From an uncultured Clostridia bacterium (GTDB taxonomy: Bacteria > Bacillota > Clostridia > TANB77 > CAG-508): a DNA stretch of 32,000 nt. The translations under genes were made by a program, and so were the position numbers. The stretch lies in NCBI GenBank assembly GCA_944387425.1, contig CALXEV010000008.1, positions 9,969-41,968 of the forward strand. Reading direction: 5' to 3'. This document shows positions 1 to 8,401 of the stretch, one piece after another; the first letter of the stretch is position 1; the number at the start of each line of letters is the position of its first letter. The notes beneath the pieces were generated by a model. It made no database searches. It saw only the letters and a program-made list of their open reading frames with translations, and had not been told where the DNA came from.

Positions 1-2001
1 ATAACTATGTTCTATTTGTTCTAGTTCGTTAAATTCATACCAACATACTTTATCATCATCAAATTTTATTCTTATATTTTTTTCTTTTTCATTTATATTA
101 GTTATTGTTCCTATTTCACCATTAAATATACCATTTCCAACTTCTATACTGTCATCTATTCTTCTTTCCCAGTACATATCATAATTATTTTTTATTTGCA
201 TTACTCTGTCACCAATTCTAAACACTGCTCCCATACTACTCTTTTCTGGTTCATTTTCTCTATGTGGATTTAATTCATTTTGTAATGCTTTGTTTAATTC
301 TTTTGTTCCTAACATTCCTTTTTTGGTTGGTGTTAGAACTTGTATATTTTCAAAAAAGTCATAATCTCCAAATTTTCGTAAGCGTCCATTACATAGTGAA
401 AGTACTTGTTCTAAAATTTTTTCTTGATTATTTTCTTTTATAAAGAAAAAGTCTTCTTTTGAGTCTTCTTCTAATTCTGGTGAATCTTTTTCTATAAATG
501 TTTTTCCATTGTTAACTCTATGTGCATTTACTATTATCTTACTTTTTGCAGCTTGTCTAAATATTTTATCAAGATGAACAGTTACTATCTTTTCTGATGA
601 AATCAAATCTTTTAGTACACTTCCTGGTCCAACAGATGGAAGTTGATCACAATCTCCTACTAATATTAATTTTGTTCCCAAATAAATACAGTCTAATAAG
701 TAACTCATTACAAACATATCTACCATTGAAACTTCATCTACTATTATTATGTCTGCATCTATTGGAGCACCTTTATATTCATTGTCTTTTTTGAATAGTG
801 ATTCCTCATCTACTTTTCCTATTTCTAGTAATCTATGTAATGTACTTGCTTCTTCCCCAGTTGTTTCTGTCATTCTTTTTGCTGCTCTTCCTGTTGGCGC
901 ACATAAAATTGTTTTGTATTTTTTTCTTTTATATATTTCTAATATTGTTTTTATTATTGTAGTTTTTCCTGTTCCTGGTCCACCTGTAATTATTGTAACA
1001 TTATTGTCATTTATTTCTCTTATTGCTTGTTTTTGTTTTTCTGATAGGAACATATCTGTTTCTTTTTCTACAATTTTTAATTCTTTTTCTATATTTGAAA
1101 TTTTTTTAACATTTTTTGCATTGTTTAGTTTAGTTATTCTTTCTGCTATTTGTTTTTCTGCATTATAAAAGGTATATAAATATACCCAATGTTCTCCATC
1201 TCTGTCTTCTACTACAATTTCATCATTTGCTTTTAAGTTTATTATTCCTTCTTCTATACTGTCTTGGCTTACACCTAATAATTGTTTAACATATTCTATC
1301 AAATTTGTTTCTAATGTGCATGAATGTCCATTATATGTTATTCTTATTAAAGCATATTTTATCCCGCTTTTTATTCTTTTTTGATTTTCTCTTTCTATTC
1401 CAAGTTTTATTGCCATATTGTCTATTTGCTTAAAGTCTACTCCTCTTGAAATATCTATTAATATGTAAGGATTTGCTTCTATTTCTGAAATTGCATTTAC
1501 CCCTAATAAATCATATACCTTTTTTGCATTTTCTGCACCTATTCCAAACCTTTCAAGAAATCCTACTATCTGCCATACTTCCCAGTTTTCTACAAAACTT
1601 TCTGATATTTCTAGTGCTTTTTCTTTACTAATTCCCCTTATTTGTGCTAATTTAATAGGTTCATATTTTAAAATATGTATTGTTTCTTCTCCAAATAATT
1701 GTATTATTTTACTTGCTGTTGCAGGTCCTACTCCTTTTATATTTCCATTTGCTAAATAGTTTTCTAATGCTCCTAGTGTTTGAGGCATCAATTTTTCAAA
1801 GGTTTCTATTTTGAATTGCTCTCCATAGTCTTTGTGTTCTACAAATTTTCCTAATAGTTTTAATGTGTCTCCTTTACTTATAAATGGTAGATATCCTACT
1901 ATAGTAATTTGTTCGTCTTCTGTTTCAAATATACCTACTGTGTAACTGTTTACTTCATTTTGGTATATTATTTCTGTTAGTACTCCTTCTATTTCTTCCA
2001 A
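1..2001 (-). CDS. recD2: ATP-dependent RecD-like DNA helicase (RecD2/YrrC family), N-terminal 667 codons; the C-terminus runs off the left edge
   Basis: Absent from the ORF track (open at the window edge, TTG start). Reverse-complement translation from TTG at 2001 (GGAGG at 2008-2012, 6-nt spacer) gives LEEIEGVLTEIIYQNEVNSYTVGIFET. It contains a helix-hairpin-helix-like GVGPATASKI, Walker A ITGGPGTGKTT (about 960-1000), LCAPTGRAAKRM, DEVSMVD, VGDCDQLPSVGPG and IFRQ. The frame stays open to nt 1. Confidence 0.9.
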   Translation of the reverse strand, partial: MEEIEGVLTEIIYQNEVNSYTVGIFETEDEQITIVGYLPFISKGDTLKLLGKFVEHKDYGEQFKIETFEKLMPQTLGALENYLANGNIKGVGPATASKIIQLFGEETIHILKYEPIKLAQIRGISKEKALEISESFVENWEVWQIVGFLERFGIGAENAKKVYDLLGVNAISEIEANPYILIDISRGVDFKQIDNMAIKLGIERENQKRIKSGIKYALIRITYNGHSCTLETNLIEYVKQLLGVSQDSIEEGIINLKANDEIVVEDRDGEHWVYLYTFYNAEKQIAERITKLNNAKNVKKISNIEKELKIVEKETDMFLSEKQKQAIREINDNNVTIITGGPGTGKTTIIKTILEIYKRKKYKTILCAPTGRAAKRMTETTGEEASTLHRLLEIGKVDEESLFKKDNEYKGAPIDADIIIVDEVSMVDMFVMSYLLDCIYLGTKLILVGDCDQLPSVGPGSVLKDLISSEKIVTVHLDKIFRQAAKSKIIVNAHRVNNGKTFIEKDSPELEEDSKEDFFFIKENNQEKILEQVLSLCNGRLRKFGDYDFFENIQVLTPTKKGMLGTKELNKALQNELNPHRENEPEKSSMGAVFRIGDRVMQIKNNYDMYWERRIDDSIEVGNGIFNGEIGTITNINEKEKNIRIKFDDDKVCWYEFNELEQIEHSY

Positions 2002-2020
2002 TTTACGCCTCCGATAATTT

Positions 2021-2049
2021 TGACATTTGGTACCGGTTCTTTTTTGCCA
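2021..2049 (-). repeat. Single A-type unit of the intergenic repeat family (R1)
   Basis: The minus strand reads TGGCAAAAAAGAACCGGTACCAAATGTCA. It lies between the stop of the 161-aa gene (2081) and the recD2 RBS. CCGG-containing GC core in an otherwise AT-rich spacer. Confidence 0.8.
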
Positions 2050-2080
2050 TTTTGACTTTTGAAACCTATTATTTTTTTTG

Positions 2081-2566
2081 CTATTCAGCTGTTTCTGTTG
2101 TTTCTTCTCCTTCAACAACTTCTTCTCCAACTGGTTGTGTTGATTTTTCTATTTTGTAATCATATGAATTTTTTAATTCTTTAGAAACAATTGCTGTTAC
2201 CTCTGTTTCTACACCTGCATCTAAAGTTGGTACCATTATAGCAAAACGTTGTACCTCTTCTGAATTTTCATTCAAAAATACTAAATCTAACATTTGTTCT
2301 TCTATTTGATTTTCTGATTCATTTTTTATAGTGATAATTAGATTACATGTTTCTGAATCTTCTGTGTCTTCCATTTTTAAATTTAAAAATTTAATTCCGT
2401 TATATTCTTTACTTGCACCATTTTTTTCAATTTGTAAGTTTTCCTGTTCATTTAATTGTTCTTCATTATTTTTATTTCTTGTAACAAAAAATGCTACTAT
2501 TAGTGATACAATAACAATAAGCACTATTAATAATGCAATTCTTTTTATTAATACTTCTTTTTTCAT
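2081..2566 (-). CDS. Hypothetical membrane-anchored protein (N-terminal TM helix, acidic extracytoplasmic domain), 161 aa
   Basis: ORF track 2081..2626. I prefer the internal ATG at 2566 (MKKEVLIKRIALLIVLIVIVSLIVAFF), which is preceded by AAGGAAG. One hydrophobic helix, then a Glu/Asn-rich domain. No motif I recognise. Confidence 0.6.
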   Translation of the reverse strand: MKKEVLIKRIALLIVLIVIVSLIVAFFVTRNKNNEEQLNEQENLQIEKNGASKEYNGIKFLNLKMEDTEDSETCNLIITIKNESENQIEEQMLDLVFLNENSEEVQRFAIMVPTLDAGVETEVTAIVSKELKNSYDYKIEKSTQPVGEEVVEGEETTETAE

Positions 2567-2605
2567 CTTTTGACTTCCTTTCTTTAATAAAAATTTATAA
2601 ATATA

Positions 2606-2634
2606 TTCTACAATAAAGAAAGACAAATATCAAG
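2606..2634 (-). promoter_or_regulatory. Putative sigma-A promoter for the 161-aa gene
   Basis: Minus strand: TTGATA (2634-2629), 17-nt spacer, TAGAAT (2611-2606). Confidence 0.4.
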
Positions 2635-2649
2635 AATTTATTTTGATTA

Positions 2650-3006
2650 TTATTCTTTTTCTTCAATATTATCTATTATATCTTTGCAATCTTTCCAACT
2701 TGAGACTTTAACACATTCATAATCTATTGACATTCTATTTATGATTTCTTTTGTATTATCAGTAGAGCCTAAATCTGTAATAATTATATCTTTCACATTA
2801 TCTTCTTTTCCATACAAAATTCTAAATAAACTCGAGCGCAAAAAACCTTCAATTTTTTCCTCCTGGTTTTTCACTGCTATAATAATATAAATCCCATCTT
2901 CTTTTAAATTTATATATGTACATAGATTTATAATTTGTCTAACAAATTCAAATAAACCATAAAGAGCAAATGTCCATAGTAGTGAATTTATAATAAAATT
3001 CTCCAT
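2650..3006 (-). CDS. Small membrane protein resembling the N-terminal part of a family-2 glycosyltransferase (118 aa)
   Basis: N-terminal hydrophobic helix (NSLLWTFALYGLFEFV). Next come IYIIIAVKNQEEKIEGFLRS and IIITDLGSTDNTKEII, which resemble the first beta-alpha-beta units and the DxD-proximal 'DDGSTD' region of GT2 enzymes. It is far too short for a full GT2. AAGGAGG RBS upstream of the ATG at 3006. Confidence 0.55.
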   Translation of the reverse strand: MENFIINSLLWTFALYGLFEFVRQIINLCTYINLKEDGIYIIIAVKNQEEKIEGFLRSSLFRILYGKEDNVKDIIITDLGSTDNTKEIINRMSIDYECVKVSSWKDCKDIIDNIEEKE

Positions 3007-3058
3007 ACTCTATTCCTCCTTATGGCTATTATATGACTTATATTAAATTATGTTTCTT

Positions 3059-4171
3059 TTATTTTAATTCAATTTTTTTCTCCCATGGTAAGTCTGGTTT
3101 TCCAAAATGTCCATAATTAGTTGTTTTTGTAAATATTGGTTCACGTAATCCTAAGTAGTTTATAATTCCTTTTGGAGATAAATCAAAATTTCTATTTATA
3201 ATTTCTAGAATTTTATCTTCTGGAATTGCATTTGTTCCAAATGTATCTATAAATACTGACATTGGCTTTTCAACACCTATTGCATAAGCTACTTGTAACT
3301 CACATTTTTTTGCATATCCATTTGCAACAATATTTTTGGCTATAAAACGTAACATATATGCTGCACTACGGTCAACTTTTGTTGCATCTTTTCCAGAAAA
3401 TGCTCCTCCACCATGACGTGCATATCCTCCATATGTATCAACAATTATTTTTCTTCCAGTTAGTCCCGTATCTCCTAAAGGTCCACCTATTACAAATCTT
3501 CCTGTAGGATTTATATAGTATTTTGTTTTTTCATCCAAAAATTTTGATGGAATTACATCATTTATTACTTTTTCTTTTATATCTTTTTTCAATGTTTCCA
3601 TATCAATATCTGCTATATGTTGTGTTGATATTAAAATTGTATCTATTCTGTTGACTTTACCATCAATATATTCAACTGTTACTTGTGTTTTTCCGTCAGG
3701 TCTTAAATATGGAATTATTCCTTGTTTACGTACTTCTGTTAATCTTTTTGATAATTTATGTGCCATTGAAATTGCAAATGGCATATATTCTTCTGTTTCA
3801 TCTGAAGCATAGCCAAACATTATTCCTTGGTCTCCAGCACCACCAACATCAACACCTTGTGCAATATCTGAACTTTGTTTAGTAATATTTATATCAATTT
3901 GACATGTTGCGTAGTCTATATCTAATTCTGCATTATCATATCCGATTTCTTTTATTCTGTTTCTCACAATTTGTTCTATGTCTAGCTCTGCATTTGATGT
4001 TATTTGACCTGCTATTGTTATTTTGTTTGCTGATGCAAATGTTTCTACTGCTACTCTTGAATATTTGTCTTGTTTTAGTGCTTCATCTAATATTGTGTCT
4101 GAAATGTAATCACACAATTTATCTGGATGCCCTTCTGTTACACTTTCTGATGTAAAATAATATTTTTTCAT
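3059..4171 (-). CDS. metK: S-adenosylmethionine synthetase
   Basis: [49 protein letters not shown] and GGGAFSGKD are hallmark MetK motifs. An S-box riboswitch lies upstream. Confidence 0.97.
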   Translation of the reverse strand: MKKYYFTSESVTEGHPDKLCDYISDTILDEALKQDKYSRVAVETFASANKITIAGQITSNAELDIEQIVRNRIKEIGYDNAELDIDYATCQIDINITKQSSDIAQGVDVGGAGDQGIMFGYASDETEEYMPFAISMAHKLSKRLTEVRKQGIIPYLRPDGKTQVTVEYIDGKVNRIDTILISTQHIADIDMETLKKDIKEKVINDVIPSKFLDEKTKYYINPTGRFVIGGPLGDTGLTGRKIIVDTYGGYARHGGGAFSGKDATKVDRSAAYMLRFIAKNIVANGYAKKCELQVAYAIGVEKPMSVFIDTFGTNAIPEDKILEIINRNFDLSPKGIINYLGLREPIFTKTTNYGHFGKPDLPWEKKIELK

Positions 4172-4207
4172 TTTTTATACCTCTTTCTACTATTTTTATT
4201 ACTACAT

Positions 4208-4359
4208 TATAACAAAACTCTGTTACTTTATGTAACAGAGTTTGATAATCTATTTTTAATTATCATTCAAAGCTACATGCTTTGCAGGTTTTAGCACCTT
4301 GATTACTCAGGTTGCTGTGGTTTCTTCGAGCCTGTTCTCTACACCACTCTTGATAATAG
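4208..4359 (-). promoter_or_regulatory. SAM-I (S-box) riboswitch with terminator expression platform, leader of metK
   Basis: The minus strand reads CTATTATCAAGAGTGGTGTAGAGAACAGGCTCGAAGAAACCACAGCAACC...AAGGTGCTAAAACCTGCAAAG...TGAATGATAA. This matches the S-box core (TTATCAAGAG..GG.GGA..GGC.C..TGAA.CC..GCAACC...GGTGCTAA..C..GCA). A 12-bp terminator stem follows (AAACTCTGTTAC/GTAACAGAGTTT, 4215-4243), then a T-rich tail. Confidence 0.9.
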
Positions 4360-4376
4360 CTATTTCATTGGTATAT

Positions 4377-4405
4377 ATTTTACATCATTTTGTGAGTTTT
4401 GTCAA
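4377..4405 (-). promoter_or_regulatory. Putative sigma-A promoter of the S-box/metK transcript
   Basis: Minus strand: TTGACA (4405-4400), 17-nt spacer, TAAAAT (4382-4377). The predicted start is about 10 nt before the riboswitch P1 stem. Confidence 0.6.
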
Positions 4406-4562
4406 TCGTTTTATAGAATGTATTTAAGCAAGTATTAAAAAAAATAACAAAATAATTTTTTCATTCACTTATCTTTAAAAAACATTATACAGTCTACGTA
4501 TTTTTTATTTAAAATTCATTTTTTTTTTATTTTTTTAATATACATATATAAAGGAGGTTTTT

Positions 4563-4766
4563 ATGGAAAGAAATTCTGATTTTTCACCATATTCACAATT
4601 AGATGGGATAGATAATGGTTTAAATGATATGTATAAAGACCCAATGTTTAATCCAATTATGCAATATGAACAAGCATATTCATATTATAAATATTTATGT
4701 ATGCAAATGGATTACAAAATCAAGTGTAAGGAATATGAAAAAATGTGTAATTCCAAAAACTCATAA
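4563..4766 (+). CDS. Hypothetical small protein (67 aa), rich in Tyr, Met and Cys
   Basis: Strong RBS AAAGGAGG 7 nt before the ATG. It sits in a 390-nt divergent intergenic region. Sequence MERNSDFSPYSQLDGIDNGLNDMYKDPMFNPIMQYEQAYSYYKYLCMQMDYKIKCKEYEKMCNSKNS has no family I recognise. Confidence 0.55.
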   Translation: MERNSDFSPYSQLDGIDNGLNDMYKDPMFNPIMQYEQAYSYYKYLCMQMDYKIKCKEYEKMCNSKNS

Positions 4767-4771
4767 AAAGG

Positions 4772-4800
4772 TTTACAAATCCATAGTTTTCGGTTAAAAT
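4772..4800 (+). promoter_or_regulatory. Possible sigma-A promoter for tsaE
   Basis: TTTACA (4772-4777), 17-nt spacer, TAAAAT (4795-4800). The predicted start would fall inside the tsaE Shine-Dalgarno sequence, which lowers confidence. Confidence 0.3.
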
Positions 4801-4818
4801 ATTGTAGGAGGGAATTTT

Positions 4819-5274
4819 ATGAATACTTACAAATTTACATCTCACAGTTCAACCGAAACTATGGATTTTGCATATAATTTAGCAAGTAAATTAAAAATAG
4901 GAGATATTATTGTTCTTTCTGGTGAACTTGGTGCAGGTAAAACAAAGTTTACAGAAGGATTTTTGAAATATTTTGGATTAGAAAATGAACTTTCAAGCCC
5001 AACTTTTACAATAGTGAATGAATATAAAAACGATAAAATCACAATTTATCATTTTGATGTGTATCGTTTAGAAGATGTTGATGAATTTTATGCAATTGGT
5101 GGTGAAGAATATTTTTCTTCTGGTATTTGCATTATTGAATGGGGAGAAATCGTTGAAAGTGCTTTGCCTAATGACTATATAAAAATTTCTTTTGAAAAAG
5201 ATTATGAAAATGAAAATTATAGAAATATTACAGTAAATACTTTTGGTAGTAAATATGACTATTTAAATAAATGA
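4819..5274 (+). CDS. tsaE: tRNA threonylcarbamoyladenosine (t6A) biosynthesis ATPase TsaE
   Basis: P-loop SGELGAGKTKFTEG, SPTFTIVNEY and HFDVYRL are typical of TsaE/YjeE. AGGAGGG RBS. Confidence 0.92.
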   Translation: MNTYKFTSHSSTETMDFAYNLASKLKIGDIIVLSGELGAGKTKFTEGFLKYFGLENELSSPTFTIVNEYKNDKITIYHFDVYRLEDVDEFYAIGGEEYFSSGICIIEWGEIVESALPNDYIKISFEKDYENENYRNITVNTFGSKYDYLNK

Positions 5275-5361
5275 CAAAAAAGAACCGGCACCAAATGCTA
5301 ATTTGCCACCAAGGAACGTCCCTGTGGCAAAATGGCAAAAGAGAACCAGCACTAAATGTCA
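5272..5361 (+). repeat. Repeat cluster R2: A-type, B-type hairpin, A-type, filling the convergent tsaE/uppP spacer
   Basis: 5272-5300 TGACAAAAAAGAACCGGCACCAAATGCTA; its first three bases are the tsaE TGA stop. 5303-5330 TTGCCACCAAGGAACGTCCCTGTGGCAA, with 8-bp stem TTTGCCAC/GTGGCAAA. 5333-5361 TGGCAAAAGAGAACCAGCACTAAATGTCA. Confidence 0.85.
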
Positions 5362-5366
5362 TTTTG

Positions 5367-6164
5367 CTATCTTATTAATGTCATTGCAATTACTATAATT
5401 CCTAATACAACTCTATAAATAGCAAATATTTTGAAGCTTCCTTTTTTTAAATAATTTAATAAGAATTTTATTACAAATAATCCTACTAAAAAGCTGAATA
5501 ATACCCCCATGAAAAAGGCAAGTGTAAATTCAAAATCAGTTATACTTACTAAAACAGCAGCCAAAATTATTGGTGTTGATAATAAGAATGAATATTTTGC
5601 AGCACTTTCTCTATCAACTTTTAATGCTCTTGCTACAGTCATTGTTATTCCAGATCTTGATGTTCCAGGAAAAGCCGCTGCGATTGCTTGAGAAATTCCT
5701 ATTAAAAATGATTGTTTAAATGTCATGTCTTCATATTTAGTTTCAGAAGGTGATTTTTTGTCTACTACGTATAGCAATATTCCTAATACGATTAATGCTA
5801 CTGCGATTAATATCATTTCTATTCCAAATTTATCACATATAAATTCAGAAAATTTATCTAATATTAAGCTTACTATTCCTGTTGGAATTGTTACAGCTAC
5901 TATGTACCAAAATATTTTTCCTTCTGTTGATTTTTTCTTTTTTACTACTTGCTCATATCCTCCTTTGATTAGTCCTAGCCAATCTTTAAAGAAAAATATT
6001 GTTATTGCAAGTAATGTTCCTAAGTGTAATGCAACATCAAAACTTTCTGGCATTTCCCAGCCAAATATCCATGGTATTAAGTTTAAATGTGCAGAACTTG
6101 ATATTGGTAGTAATTCTGTTACTCCTTGTACTACTCCTAAAATTATTGCTTGATATATTTCCAC
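5367..6164 (-). CDS. uppP: Undecaprenyl-diphosphate phosphatase (BacA/UppP)
   Basis: N-terminal GVVQGVTELLPISSSAHL and the later PGTSRSGITM motif. Multi-pass membrane protein of typical length (265 aa). Confidence 0.95.
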   Translation of the reverse strand: MEIYQAIILGVVQGVTELLPISSSAHLNLIPWIFGWEMPESFDVALHLGTLLAITIFFFKDWLGLIKGGYEQVVKKKKSTEGKIFWYIVAVTIPTGIVSLILDKFSEFICDKFGIEMILIAVALIVLGILLYVVDKKSPSETKYEDMTFKQSFLIGISQAIAAAFPGTSRSGITMTVARALKVDRESAAKYSFLLSTPIILAAVLVSITDFEFTLAFFMGVLFSFLVGLFVIKFLLNYLKKGSFKIFAIYRVVLGIIVIAMTLIR

Positions 6165-6221
6165 AATAAATTCTCCTTTCTTATGTACATTTTTAATTTT
6201 TTAGGACTATTCTTTAAAAGT

Positions 6222-7097
6222 CTAAGAATAATCCTTTATATTTTTAGATACTTTTAAAACCATATTATAAATAAATTCCGCAGATGTTGTTGGCGCTACT
6301 TTTCCTGGTAGTGATAATGCCCAAATAAATTTTAATTTTCTTTCTTTTACTACATTTCTATCTATCCCACCTGGATTTGATGCTAAATCTATTAATAATA
6401 CATTGTCTTTTACATATTCTAATCTTTTTTCTGTTAGAATTAAATGTGGTACTGTATTTATTATTATATCATATTGTTTTAAGTCTTTTCCTATATTATT
6501 GATATTTGTAACTTTATATCCATATGCTTGAATCCATGCAAAGTCTTCATCTTTTCTTGCAGCACAAGTTACTACAGCAGATAATCCTATTAATTTTCTT
6601 GCAAGCACTTTTCCTATTCTTCCAAATCCTAATACTAATACTCTACTGCCATGTAATATTCTATCTGTATTTTCTATTGCCAATTGAATTGTTCCTTCAG
6701 CAGTTGCTATTGTATTTAATATTGCTAATTCTTCACTTTCCATTATGTCTATAATATTAATTTCATCTAGTTTTGCTATTTCTTGAATTTTAGGAGATAT
6801 CGCTCCTGCTATAATTGTCCTTGTTTTCATATGGTCAAACATTTCTCTTATTGTTAGCTCTTTTTCTCCAAATGGTGTATTTACTGTTTCTCCATTACTT
6901 GAGATAGGAATTGGACCAACTATAATTTCAGCTTCTTGTATTGCATTTTCAATAGTATCACATTCTATAATATTTTGCATGTCTTTTAATTCTTTTGCTT
7001 TTTCTAATCCATAAGTATATACTTCAAGAGCATCTTTTGCAAGCATTTCTGCTAATTTTATTATTCTTAAATCTCCACCTATAATTGCAAATTTCAT
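6222..7097 (-). CDS. dpaA: Dipicolinate synthase subunit A (SpoVFA/DpaA-like, NAD(P)-binding)
   Basis: The sequence parallels B. subtilis SpoVFA as I recall it, in four blocks. They are FAIIGGDLR, AILNTIATAEGTIQLAIENTDRILHGS, LVLGFGRIGKVLARKL (Rossmann GxGxxG) and LIDLASNPGG...LPGKVAPTTSA. Confidence 0.85.
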   Translation of the reverse strand: MKFAIIGGDLRIIKLAEMLAKDALEVYTYGLEKAKELKDMQNIIECDTIENAIQEAEIIVGPIPISSNGETVNTPFGEKELTIREMFDHMKTRTIIAGAISPKIQEIAKLDEINIIDIMESEELAILNTIATAEGTIQLAIENTDRILHGSRVLVLGFGRIGKVLARKLIGLSAVVTCAARKDEDFAWIQAYGYKVTNINNIGKDLKQYDIIINTVPHLILTEKRLEYVKDNVLLIDLASNPGGIDRNVVKERKLKFIWALSLPGKVAPTTSAEFIYNMVLKVSKNIKDYS

Positions 7098-7164
7098 ATT
7101 TGTCTAGTCCTCCTTAATATAAATGTCTTAGTATTATTATATTAAATTTGCAATTTTTTATGAA

Positions 7165-8388
7165 TTATTCTTCTCTTTCTTTTTGATGTTGTTTTTCCTC
7201 TTCTAAGTTTAGTGATGTTTTTCCTTGTTTTTCAATTTTCACATCACTATATCCTATTTTTTTTGTAATCTCTACCATTTGCTCTAAATGTTCTTTTGCA
7301 ATCTTTTCTTTTTTAGTTAATTTTCGTGGCTTTTCTTCTTCTACATCTAAGTTAAATGGTATTGATAATTTTGTAATTATTGTAGCAAACGCAACATCTT
7401 TTTGTATTTTTTCAACAATTCTTTTTGGCTCTTCTTGTATTGCAACATTAGCATATTGAATTGCTTTTTCTTTATCACCTTTTATAAGATATATTTTTGA
7501 AAGTTCTAAATAGGCATCTGCACATAACTCTTCGTCTTCAGTTGCTTGTAAAAAGTATTTTTCTGCTTCTTCTAACTCTTTATAAATAAGTGCTATTTCT
7601 GCTAAACTATATTTTGTGTTATATGCTATAGAGTTTAGTTCAGCCGCCTTTTCATAGCTAACTTTTGCACTTTGAAAGTCATTTAGCATTGTATATACTA
7701 TTCCTAAATTGTAATTTAAATCATAGCTTGTAGGATTGTATTTTAAAGCTTCTGAATATATATTTACAGCTTCTTTATAATCTTCTTTTTCTATCAATAA
7801 ATCTCCTAAAGCAATTGTTGCTTCAATATAGTCTGGTTTCTTGCTTAATAAATTTCCAAGCATTTCTATTGCTTCATCTTTTTTGTCTAAGTCTGTTAAT
7901 AGATTTGCTATCTTATAGCATGATAAATAGTCTTTTTTATTAATATCAATTGCTTGAACATATTCATCTACAGCTTTTCTTTGTCCACCTTCTTTTTCAT
8001 ATATTTCTGCTAATAATTTGTGGCCTAAATAACTTTCTGGTTTATCTGTTACAAGTTTTATTAATATATTTTTTGCTTTTTTGTTGTTTCCAAATACTAA
8101 ATAAATCTTTGCTAAAATAATATAAAAGTTTTCTGCTATATTTCCATTTGTTTTCTCAATGCATATAATTCCAATTGGAAGTAATATTGATAGTGTATAT
8201 GTTATTATTCCTGTGAATATATTTATTTCTTTTCCAAAACAAACTTCTATAAATTTTATACCTATTCCTAATGCTTCTAAAGCTAATATTGGAACATATT
8301 TAGTATCATTTGTTTTTATTAATTTATAAAAAATATATATGAATATTCCAAAAGCAATTGTTATAAATAGTAATTGTTCTATGAACAT
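7165..8388 (-). CDS. Membrane-anchored tetratricopeptide (TPR) repeat protein, 407 aa
   Basis: About four N-terminal hydrophobic helices. Then repeated 34-aa A/Y/L-patterned units (for example YKEAVNIYSEALKYNP and FQSAKVSYEKAAELN). Lys/Glu-rich tail. Confidence 0.75.
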   Translation of the reverse strand: MFIEQLLFITIAFGIFIYIFYKLIKTNDTKYVPILALEALGIGIKFIEVCFGKEINIFTGIITYTLSILLPIGIICIEKTNGNIAENFYIILAKIYLVFGNNKKAKNILIKLVTDKPESYLGHKLLAEIYEKEGGQRKAVDEYVQAIDINKKDYLSCYKIANLLTDLDKKDEAIEMLGNLLSKKPDYIEATIALGDLLIEKEDYKEAVNIYSEALKYNPTSYDLNYNLGIVYTMLNDFQSAKVSYEKAAELNSIAYNTKYSLAEIALIYKELEEAEKYFLQATEDEELCADAYLELSKIYLIKGDKEKAIQYANVAIQEEPKRIVEKIQKDVAFATIITKLSIPFNLDVEEEKPRKLTKKEKIAKEHLEQMVEITKKIGYSDVKIEKQGKTSLNLEEEKQHQKEREE

Positions 8389-8401
8389 ATTTTACCTCCA
8401 A

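Noticed and set aside
6203-6235. 12-bp (one mismatch) stem-loop AGGACTATTCTT / AAGAATAATCCT spanning the dpaA stop codon, considered as a dpaA terminator.
   Set aside because: On the coding (minus) strand it is followed by an A-run, not a U-run, and half of the stem is coding. At most it is an mRNA-stability or processing structure, not a supported terminator.
7098-7164. Possible dpaA promoter TTCATA-17-TATAAT in the TPR-dpaA spacer; also searched for sigma-K-like elements.
   Set aside because: The -35 is weak, the region is so AT-rich that such matches arise by chance, and I could not identify a sigma-K pattern with confidence. It is therefore not listed as a feature.
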